A stretch of DNA of 64,000 nt from Spirochaetota bacterium. GTDB taxonomy: Bacteria; Spirochaetota; UBA4802; UBA5368. Positions within the stretch are counted from its first letter, which is position 1. Every line of letters starts with the position of its first letter. The DNA lies in assembly GCA_004297825.1 (NCBI GenBank), contig SCSX01000068.1, positions 28,651-92,650 of the forward strand, written 5' to 3'. The position numbers and the translations under genes are program-made. Positions 27,979-34,631 of this stretch are shown piece after piece. The notes beneath the pieces are model-generated. The model searched no databases. It was not told the origin of the DNA and saw only the letters and a program-made list of their open reading frames with translations.

Positions 27979-28065
27979 TCCCCCGGAGGGGGACTTACCA
28001 GACATATCACCGTCGCGACTAAACCCCCCTCTGGGGGGCTTGGGGGGCCTGGGGGGTTTGGGGGG
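27979..28065. repeat. Compound C/G-tract element: TCCCCC-GGA-GGGGGA hairpin, CCCCCC-TCT-GGGGGG hairpin and four G6 runs at 9-nt periodicity
   Basis: - 27979-27993: tcccccggaggggga.
- 28024-28038: cccccctctgggggg.
- G6 runs at 28033-38, 28042-47, 28051-56 and 28060-65, separated by ctt, cct and ttt.
- The self-complementary octamer gtcgcgac occurs on both sides (28012-28019 and 28077-28084). Confidence 0.85.
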
Positions 28066-28894
28066 CCTTTACATCTGTCGCGACATTCGCGTCCTTTTGC
28101 GCTTTAACCAGGTCCTCGGGCTTTTTCCTGAAGCCATCCATGACCGCCTGGATGTCCGGCGCGTAGACGAGCCACTGGATCGCGTTTCGCTCAAGGGCGA
28201 GGGCGGCGTCGATACTGCCGCATTCCAGTGATTTCGCCATGACCTCCTTCCCCATGCGCAAGGCTATCGGTTTCTTCGCGGCAAAGCTTGCGATAACCGA
28301 TTCGAACTCCCGTTCGAACGAATCGTCGCCGAACACGCGGGTGAGGAACCCCATCTCGTACATTTCACGGGCCGGATAGTCTTTGCGGCCGCTATAGATG
28401 ACCTCACGCGTGCGGAACCCCGGCATGGAACGGGCGATCCGCACGGTGCCGCCCCAGCCGGGGAGGATGCCCATGTTGATTTCCGTGGTACCGAATTTCG
28501 CCGACTCGCAGGCGTAGATGAGATCGCACATGAGCGCGAGCTCAAGTCCCCCCGCCAGGCAGTAGCCCCTGATCTTCGCGACCACCAGCTTCTCGCACTG
28601 CTCGATCGCCTTGTTGATATCGTACCCTTCATGGGCGAGCCAGTTGAGCGAGTTCTGGTGCTCCGCGAGCGAGGGGAAGACCGAGAGGTCTCCTCCCGTG
28701 CAGAAGGACTTCCCCGCTCCGGCGAGAACCACGACACCGACCGCGCTCTCGTCCCTCACGCGACGAAACGCGTGCAGGAGCTCCTGCGCCATCTCGCGGT
28801 TGATGGCATTCCTCTTGTCTTCCCGGTTCAGGATGATATGGCAGACCGCGCCCTTAATCTCATAACGGATCGTGCTATAGGTTTCCATATTCAT
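28019..28894 (-). CDS. Enoyl-CoA hydratase/isomerase (crotonase) with a short PQ-repeat tail
   Basis: 291-aa ORF with ILNREDKRNAIN, LAGAGKSFCTGGD and GYCLAGGLELALMCD. The C-terminal KAPQTPQAPQAPQRGV is encoded by the G6 9-mer repeat at 28033-28065. Confidence 0.9.
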   Translation of the reverse strand: MNMETYSTIRYEIKGAVCHIILNREDKRNAINREMAQELLHAFRRVRDESAVGVVVLAGAGKSFCTGGDLSVFPSLAEHQNSLNWLAHEGYDINKAIEQCEKLVVAKIRGYCLAGGLELALMCDLIYACESAKFGTTEINMGILPGWGGTVRIARSMPGFRTREVIYSGRKDYPAREMYEMGFLTRVFGDDSFEREFESVIASFAAKKPIALRMGKEVMAKSLECGSIDAALALERNAIQWLVYAPDIQAVMDGFRKKPEDLVKAQKDANVATDVKAPQTPQAPQAPQRGV

Positions 28895-28898
28895 CCCC

Positions 28899-29312
28899 TC
28901 AGCCCTTCGCCGGCTTGAAATAAGGAAGATGGAAGTCTTCGCGCTGGAAGAAGGTGACCTCGACCTTCATGCCAATCTTAATTTCTTTCGGATCGCACCC
29001 GATGATACGCGTCATCATCCGAATCCCTTCGTCCAGGTCCACATACGCGATCGTGTACGGGAGCTCATCCATGAAGCGCGGCTCGACCATGCTGTACGCC
29101 GTGGAAAAGGTGTACACGGTCCCCTTTCCGCTCGCCTCGATCCAGTCCAGTTTGTCCGACCAGCATTCGGGACACGCTTTACGGGGATAAAATATTATCG
29201 CGTTACAGGCTTTGCAGGTCTGGATAAGCAGTTTCCCCTGCCTGGTCCCTTCCCAGAATCTTGCCGACCAGGGCTGCACCTCCGGCAGCGGTTTTGTCAT
29301 ATCGAAATTCAT
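28899..29312 (-). CDS. DUF35 OB-fold/zinc-ribbon protein (thiolase partner)
   Basis: The ORF is trimmed to MNFDMTKPLPE (ATG at 29312, GGGGAGGG upstream, directly after the thiolase stop). It has the Zn-ribbon CKACNAIIFYPRKACPEC followed by an OB-fold segment GTVYTFS. Confidence 0.8.
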   Translation of the reverse strand: MNFDMTKPLPEVQPWSARFWEGTRQGKLLIQTCKACNAIIFYPRKACPECWSDKLDWIEASGKGTVYTFSTAYSMVEPRFMDELPYTIAYVDLDEGIRMMTRIIGCDPKEIKIGMKVEVTFFQREDFHLPYFKPAKG

Positions 29313-29314
29313 GG

Positions 29315-30493
29315 CTATTCCCTCCCCCATATGCTGGCTATGTTATTGAACCCGGACCCGCCCGCCGTGTTCTGATACACGTATGTGCAATTCTTGACCT
29401 GTCGCTCTCCAGCCTTGCCCATAAGCTGGCGGGCCGTTTCCACGTATGTTGCCGCGCTCACCCCGGAGCCCGTATGGCCCCGCCCCGGCGCATCGCCTAT
29501 CGTCGACCAGGGGATGTCCCCGCCGAATGACATGCGCCCCTGGAGAAAATACTTCCCGGCCTGGCCCTTCGGCGCTACTTCAAGAGCCTCTGCCATGATC
29601 GGGTGTCCCAGGGGATACGCAAGGTAGCAGTTCCAGATGCTCACCTCTTCCTTTTTGATGCCGGCCTGCGCCATCGCCTCCTTCGCGGTGACCTTGAACC
29701 CTTCGGCGACCTTGTCGAAATCGCGCATTACCGGGCTGCCGCTAAAGTACCGCACCGATTCGCCGAGCTTGTAGGCCGCGGGCCGTTTCATTTTTTTCGC
29801 GTCCTCGGCCGAAACGACCACCATGGCGCACCCGCCGTCGGCGGTGATATTGCTTTCCCTTTTATGAAGCGGCGTGTTAAGAAGATCCGAAGCCATCACC
29901 TTCTCGACCGAGGGCACCTCTTTACCGTAGAAGATCGAGTTGGGATCCCTCGACGCCCAGCTCCGCAGAGCGGTCACGACCGAAGCCATCTCTTCCTCCG
30001 TACAACCGTGATCGCGCATGAATCTGTTCGCCATCATGCCCATGATGATGTTATAGGTGGAGCCGTAAGGATATTCCCACTGCAGGTCGACCCCCGCGCG
30101 GGCGAAGAAATTCACCACATCCGGTAGCGGTATGGTCGAATGCACCGTAACGTGGGGAATGAGCACCGCGCGCGCGATGCCGCTCTCTATCCACTGTTCC
30201 GCCATCCTCAGGCAATTTGACGTGGACGCCCCGCCCGCGTTGATGACCACGCTGTCCCGAACCCCCTTGAGGCCAAGCTCCTCCGGCAGCTTTCCGAACG
30301 AAAGCTCGCCGGTAAGGCGCTCCTGGGCCTGCGGGGAGACGATGACCGTTCCTTCGATATCGTTTTTATGAAGACCCGAGTCCTTTACGGCCTGCATGCA
30401 TACCTCATAGAGAATGTCCCACCGTGTGCGCTCGGGCATGGTGCGCGTGGGGACCTCCCCGATTCCGATAATTGCCAGTTTTCCCTTGCTCAT
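29315..30493 (-). CDS. Thiolase-superfamily protein, SCP-x/non-specific lipid-transfer type
   Basis: 392-aa ORF. MSKGKLAIIGIGEVPT..., NAGGASTS and a C-terminal thiolase fold (TGSGVSA...NTAGG). It is adjacent to DUF35, as in BbsAB-type pairs. Confidence 0.85.
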   Translation of the reverse strand: MSKGKLAIIGIGEVPTRTMPERTRWDILYEVCMQAVKDSGLHKNDIEGTVIVSPQAQERLTGELSFGKLPEELGLKGVRDSVVINAGGASTSNCLRMAEQWIESGIARAVLIPHVTVHSTIPLPDVVNFFARAGVDLQWEYPYGSTYNIIMGMMANRFMRDHGCTEEEMASVVTALRSWASRDPNSIFYGKEVPSVEKVMASDLLNTPLHKRESNITADGGCAMVVVSAEDAKKMKRPAAYKLGESVRYFSGSPVMRDFDKVAEGFKVTAKEAMAQAGIKKEEVSIWNCYLAYPLGHPIMAEALEVAPKGQAGKYFLQGRMSFGGDIPWSTIGDAPGRGHTGSGVSAATYVETARQLMGKAGERQVKNCTYVYQNTAGGSGFNNIASIWGRE

Positions 30494-30529
30494 CGCATTG
30501 CCTCGCTTGAATAAATAACTTAATTATGC

Positions 30530-30590
30530 TTGACGATACCGTTTCGTATTGCTATATTCATTTACAATATAGCACTTAATGGTATCGTTT
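30530..30590 (+). promoter_or_regulatory. Candidate promoter (TTGACG-N17-TATATT) overlapped by a composite palindrome; likely operator of the divergent regulator and catabolic operons
   Basis: TTGACG sits at 30530-30535 and TATATT at 30553-30558. Perfect inverted repeats are TGCTATAT (30550-30557) with ATATAGCA (30567-30574), and GATACC (30535-30540) with GGTATC (30581-30586). The site lies in a 366-nt AT-rich intergenic region. Confidence 0.4.
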
Positions 30591-30859
30591 AATAGTGTCA
30601 AACAAAAAAATTCACTTTCCTGAAAATAATTAAAAGTATTGAATACCCTGCCATAGGGGCGGCCGGGGGTATTCCCGGCATTTATTATTTTATGTACATA
30701 TATTTGGCAGACAACTGGGTAGTTACACAACAACCCGGCTGTAAAAAATGGTTGAATCGTTTCAAAATCCCGGGCAGGTGCAGATATACTTGCATTCCGG
30801 GGAAGGGGGGTGCATTTTGTGGACGGGCGATTCATCCGTGCATTGCCGGGAATCATGAC

Positions 30860-31729
30860 ATGAAAGAAAAAGAACAGATGACCATATCCGAGCTGGAGCG
30901 CGTGTCCGGAACGCCCGCCTCAACCATCAGGTTCTATCTTAGAGAGCGGTTGCTGCCGCCCCCCGAGCGCAGGGGAAGAACCAGGGCATTTTATGGAAAA
31001 ATACACGTGAAAAGGCTTCGCGACATCGGTAAAATGCGCGATTCATCAGGGCTCTCGATAAAGGCAATTCAGGAAAAATTGGCGTCTTCCACCCGGGAAG
31101 ACGCAGCGCGCGTTGCCGATTCAGACTCGTTCGACAGGGCCGGCGACATCATGAAGGCCGCCATCGCACTGTTCAGGTCGCGGGGGTACGGTAATACCAG
31201 CCTGAACGATATCGTGGAAGGGGCGAAGATCAGCAAGGGGACCTTTTATCTGCATTTCAAGGGAAAATCCGATCTATTCATTAAATGCGCCGACATGGTG
31301 TTTTATGATATCGACCGGGAATTCAGCGAGCTGCATGACGTTCACGACATCATAGAAAAATTTCGCATGAGGGCGGTACGGTTCATCAGGAAATACCGGC
31401 ATATGATCGACATGCTCAATATCGCGCGCGGGCTTCTGGGCGCCGCCCCCGCAAAAAACCGCTCGGCGCTTAAAAAGATCATTTCCAATCTCGTGACGCC
31501 CCTGATCAGCGACCTGAACGAGGGCGTCGACCGGGGCTTGTTTCGTACGCTGGATATGAATATTTTTGCGCATATGCTGATGGGTGCGGTCGAATACGGC
31601 ATCTATTATCTCGAGGGCAAGGACGACGCGGCGATCGAGCAATGGATCGACCGCAGCCTTTCATTGATTCTCAACGGCATAAGTCCGCCGCGGTCCGTTC
31701 CTTCCGATCCTACCCGGAGACGATCGTGA
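30860..31729 (+). CDS. Chimeric transcriptional regulator: N-terminal MerR-type HTH fused to a TetR/AcrR module
   Basis: The ORF 30692-31729 is trimmed to MKEKEQMTISELERVSGTPASTIRFYLRERLLPPPER (MerR HTH pattern). It is followed by IMKAAIALFRSRGYGNTSLNDIVEGAKISKGTFYLHFKGKSDLF (TetR_N pattern) and a helical C-terminal ligand domain. Confidence 0.8.
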   Translation: MKEKEQMTISELERVSGTPASTIRFYLRERLLPPPERRGRTRAFYGKIHVKRLRDIGKMRDSSGLSIKAIQEKLASSTREDAARVADSDSFDRAGDIMKAAIALFRSRGYGNTSLNDIVEGAKISKGTFYLHFKGKSDLFIKCADMVFYDIDREFSELHDVHDIIEKFRMRAVRFIRKYRHMIDMLNIARGLLGAAPAKNRSALKKIISNLVTPLISDLNEGVDRGLFRTLDMNIFAHMLMGAVEYGIYYLEGKDDAAIEQWIDRSLSLILNGISPPRSVPSDPTRRRS

Positions 31730-32562
31730 AATCCACGCGGTACTATAAGATATCGGAGCTTTCGCGGATTTCTTCGGTCCCCATCCCGACCATCCGGTTC
31801 TATATCAGGGAAGGACTGCTTGCCCCGGCGATCAAGACCGGCAAGACCGTCGCGTTTTTTCACGACGCCCACCTGGAAAGGCTCGGACGTATTAAAAAAT
31901 TGCGGAAAGAGGACGGGAAATCGATCGCGCATATTCGTGAAGAGCTCGGCCGAATGCCCGCGCACGAGGAGATGCCGGAAAATGCGGTGATCACCTCCAG
32001 CGGCAAGAGGGATGTGATCGTGGCCGCGGCAATCGCGCTTTTTATTAAAAAGGGCCTGAGCGAAACCAGCATCGACGATATCGTGAACGACGCGCGCATC
32101 GGCAAGGGAACGTTTTACCGCTATTTCAGGGATAAAACCGAATTGTTCCTCGAATGCGCCGATTCCGTCTTTCATGATCTGTACAGTAACGTTTGGCAGG
32201 AAATCAGGCGCGAGCGGGACATTAGAAAACGCATGCGGAAGCGCGCGGAGGCGTTTTTCGATTCGTATCCCCGGTGGATCGATATGATGAACCAGTTGAG
32301 GTACGCCTCGGTGAGCGACGACCGTTTTTTCAGGGAAAAATTTCATTCGGTGCTCGACCAGATAGTAGCGCCCATCGCCCGCGACCTCGAAGTCTTGAAA
32401 AAGGAAGGCGGCGTCCCGCCGGACCTCGATTGCAGGGAAGCGGCCTACACGCTCATGGGAATGGCCGAGTATTCCGCCGCGCTCATACAGGGCAAGGCTT
32501 ACAGCGCCGCAGAGGTAGTGCAACTATTCATGGATTTTGCGCTGAACGGTTTGAAAAAATAG
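31726..32562 (+). CDS. Second MerR-HTH/TetR chimeric regulator (tandem paralog)
   Basis: A GTG at 31726 overlaps the upstream TGA (GTGA). YYKISELSRISSVPIPTIRFYIREGLLAPA is the MerR HTH, and VIVAAAIALFIKKGLSETSIDDIVNDARIGKGTFYRYFRDKTELF is TetR_N. The start is uncertain; the ORF extends up to 31642. Confidence 0.75.
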   Translation: MKSTRYYKISELSRISSVPIPTIRFYIREGLLAPAIKTGKTVAFFHDAHLERLGRIKKLRKEDGKSIAHIREELGRMPAHEEMPENAVITSSGKRDVIVAAAIALFIKKGLSETSIDDIVNDARIGKGTFYRYFRDKTELFLECADSVFHDLYSNVWQEIRRERDIRKRMRKRAEAFFDSYPRWIDMMNQLRYASVSDDRFFREKFHSVLDQIVAPIARDLEVLKKEGGVPPDLDCREAAYTLMGMAEYSAALIQGKAYSAAEVVQLFMDFALNGLKK

Positions 32563-32647
32563 GGGCACGCGCCCGAAACGGATGTGATTGACAAACGCGG
32601 AAGCGCCGGTATGCTTTGGTCCGGCTGAAAGCAAGGGGAGGATCGCA

Positions 32648-32971
32648 ATGTTCAACCGGGAAGAGGGGGACGGATACAAGACCGCGGCGAAGGGAATCAG
32701 GATGAAGACCACGGTGAGCGGCGAGAAGACGCACATGACAAGCTTCATCCTCGAGAAAGGGAATCTCCTTCCCTTTCACAGTCACCCCCACGAGCAGACG
32801 GGCTTCCTCGTGTCGGGTCTGATAATGCTTACAATAGGGAAGGAATCCTTCGAGACGCGCCCGGGCGACAGCTGGTGCATACCCTCCGGCGTTGAGCACG
32901 GCGCCGAGATCCTGGAGGACTCGGTCGCGATCGAGGTATTCTCACCGCCCCGCGAGGACTACCTGGCCTGA
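32648..32971 (+). CDS. Cupin-domain protein
   Basis: The ORF is trimmed to MFNREEG (ATG at 32648, GGGGAGGA upstream). It has the cupin motifs FHSHPHEQTGFLVSG and GDSWCIPSGVEHG. Confidence 0.75.
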   Translation: MFNREEGDGYKTAAKGIRMKTTVSGEKTHMTSFILEKGNLLPFHSHPHEQTGFLVSGLIMLTIGKESFETRPGDSWCIPSGVEHGAEILEDSVAIEVFSPPREDYLA

Positions 32972-33035
32972 GCACATGCGCGTTTCGCGCGGAATCGGAT
33001 AACGAAGTACACGCCGCATACATCGGGAGGCCTTC

Positions 33036-33701
33036 ATGTTTATCGGTCACTATGGACTCGCCTATGCCGTAAAGAGCCGGTTCGCCCATATCCCGGTGTG
33101 GGCGCTTTTCACCGCGGTCCAGCTCATGGACCTGGCCGCCTTCCTGCTGGTGTTCGCGGGGATCGAAAAGGCGGCATACCGTGCCGACCCGAACCCCTTT
33201 TTCAGGAACGAGCTCGTGCTTCCCTGGTCACACTCGCTTTCCGGCGCCGTGCTGCTCTCCGCCGCGGCGTTCGGGGTCTGCGCGGCGGCGCGGAGGCGTT
33301 CCTGGGCGGCAGTGATCTTCCTGTGCGTTCTTTCCCACTGGATCATCGATTTCATCGTGCACACCCCCGACCTGAGCATTTTTTTCGGCAGCGTCCCCGT
33401 GGGACTGGGGCTCTGGAATTACCCGTACGTCTCGTACGCGGCCGAGATACTCATGCTCGTGGGAGGGTGGATGCTTGTGCGCTACAGGGATATCTATTCC
33501 ATCCTCACGCTGGTCCTCATGACAGGCAGCCTCACCGGAATGATGTTCGGGAGCGAGCCCGCGGGGATCCGGGATCATCAGTCACTGCGCACCGGCATGG
33601 TACTCGCGACGAACGCAGCCTTCATCGCGCTCGCATACCTGGGAGAGAAGAAGCGCCTGAACGCGGTTTCCCGCCGAACCGCCCGCGCGCATGCCGCATA
33701 A
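33036..33701 (+). CDS. Polytopic membrane protein of unknown function
   Basis: 221-aa ORF with six or more hydrophobic helices and conserved-looking His residues (MFIGHYGLAY, WSHSLSG, LSHWIIDFIVH). No family assignment is made. Confidence 0.6.
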   Translation: MFIGHYGLAYAVKSRFAHIPVWALFTAVQLMDLAAFLLVFAGIEKAAYRADPNPFFRNELVLPWSHSLSGAVLLSAAAFGVCAAARRRSWAAVIFLCVLSHWIIDFIVHTPDLSIFFGSVPVGLGLWNYPYVSYAAEILMLVGGWMLVRYRDIYSILTLVLMTGSLTGMMFGSEPAGIRDHQSLRTGMVLATNAAFIALAYLGEKKRLNAVSRRTARAHAA

Positions 33702-33765
33702 CGACCGCGTGAAACTGCGGTACGTTTCTACAAATAGAAATCCGCGCATCGGCCCCTGCCCGTAT

Positions 33766-34107
33766 TCAACGCACGGGCGCAAGAAGGGCGTCGATTTTCG
33801 CGGCGAGTATGAAATCGTTTTCGCTCAATCCGTGGATCTTGTGTGTCAGCAGCGTCACGGACACCTTTCCCCACGAGAGCATGATGTCCGGGTGATGCCC
33901 CTCGGCCTCCGCGACGGCGCCTATCCGGTTCACGAAATCGAGCGCCTCCCTGAAGTTCCTGAACTTGAAGTCCCTTGCAAGATGGTGATTGTCGACGACC
34001 TTCCATTCCCCCACCTGCCCCACAAGCAATTCTATTTCCTTCGCGTTCATGGGCGGGGTCCCCGCATCGCAGGGCGCGCACTTCCTTTGCGCAAGTTCTT
34101 CGATCAT
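33766..34107 (-). CDS. phhB: Pterin-4a-carbinolamine dehydratase (PCD/DCoH family)
   Basis: 113-aa ORF. FKFRNFREALDFVNRIGAVAEAEGHHPDI...W..V...L.TH is the canonical PCD signature. Confidence 0.85.
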   Translation of the reverse strand: MIEELAQRKCAPCDAGTPPMNAKEIELLVGQVGEWKVVDNHHLARDFKFRNFREALDFVNRIGAVAEAEGHHPDIMLSWGKVSVTLLTHKIHGLSENDFILAAKIDALLAPVR

Positions 34108-34131
34108 TTCTCCGTCTCCTTCTCCCGCCGG

Positions 34132-34170
34132 GGAATGTAGAGACGCGCGGCCCGTGCGTCTCTACATTCC
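34132..34170. repeat. Perfect 15-bp inverted repeat with a 9-nt loop (REP-like palindromic element)
   Basis: GGAATGTAGAGACGC (34132-34146), loop gcggcccgt, GCGTCTCTACATTCC (34156-34170). It lies between the small ORF at 34199 and the PCD gene, and no U-tract follows on either strand. Confidence 0.8.
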
Positions 34171-34198
34171 GCCGTCTCATCCGCCGGACGGCGTCCCG

Positions 34199-34372
34199 CT
34201 ATTTCACTTCGACCTCAATGCTGTCCTTCGAACCGCCCATCCTTATACAGTTCAGGAGTCCCCTGGTCTCGGCTTCCTTCCTGCTGATCGCCTCGAACTC
34301 GTCCTCCATGATCGTTTTTCCATTAGCTGCGTCCCTGCACGCGACCATATATTTTTTCGGCACCCGCCTCAT
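34199..34372 (-). CDS. Small hypothetical protein (57 aa)
   Basis: MRRVPKKYMVACRDAANGKTIMEDEFEAISRKEAETRGLLNCIRMGGSKDSIEVEVK, with GGAGG 8 nt upstream of the ATG at 34372. No family recognised. Confidence 0.35.
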   Translation of the reverse strand: MRRVPKKYMVACRDAANGKTIMEDEFEAISRKEAETRGLLNCIRMGGSKDSIEVEVK

Positions 34373-34399
34373 CACCGATCCTCCGCACATGGGCGGCCG

Positions 34400-34543
34400 T
34401 CAGCACCCGAATTGCCTGAACGTGAAGAACAGCCTGGACGACGACAGCTCCAGCTCCCTCGCGAACGCGTCAAAGATGGAATCGTACTCCCTGAAAAACG
34501 CACATTCGCCGTCGCCGCAGAAAAGAAAATTCTCAGTGTTCAT
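34400..34543 (-). CDS. Small hypothetical protein (47 aa)
   Basis: MNTENFLFCGDGECAFFREYDSIFDAFARELELSSSRLFFTFRQFGC, with a G-rich RBS-like stretch upstream of the ATG at 34543. No family recognised. Confidence 0.3.
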   Translation of the reverse strand: MNTENFLFCGDGECAFFREYDSIFDAFARELELSSSRLFFTFRQFGC

Positions 34544-34631
34544 CGTGTACCCCCGACCCGTTGTATTTAAATATATGCTGTAATGCTGAAAAGTCAATCG
34601 TACCGGTCCCCATCGAGGAATCGCGCGCGGT

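Noticed and set aside
28024-28065. Regularly spaced short G-rich repeats, considered as a possible CRISPR array.
   Set aside because: The unit is only 9 nt with 3-nt spacers, lies inside a coding tail and has no cas genes nearby. It is a simple tandem repeat.
30705-30720. TGGCAG-N5-TGGG, a sigma54-like sequence upstream of the regulators.
   Set aside because: The -12 GC dinucleotide is missing and the -24 box is imperfect, so this is not a credible sigma54 promoter.
33720-33780. Two short hairpins (tttcta-caaa-tagaaa and gcccgt-N9-acgggc) between convergent genes, considered as bidirectional terminators.
   Set aside because: Neither is followed by a U-tract on either strand, and the stems are only 6 bp.
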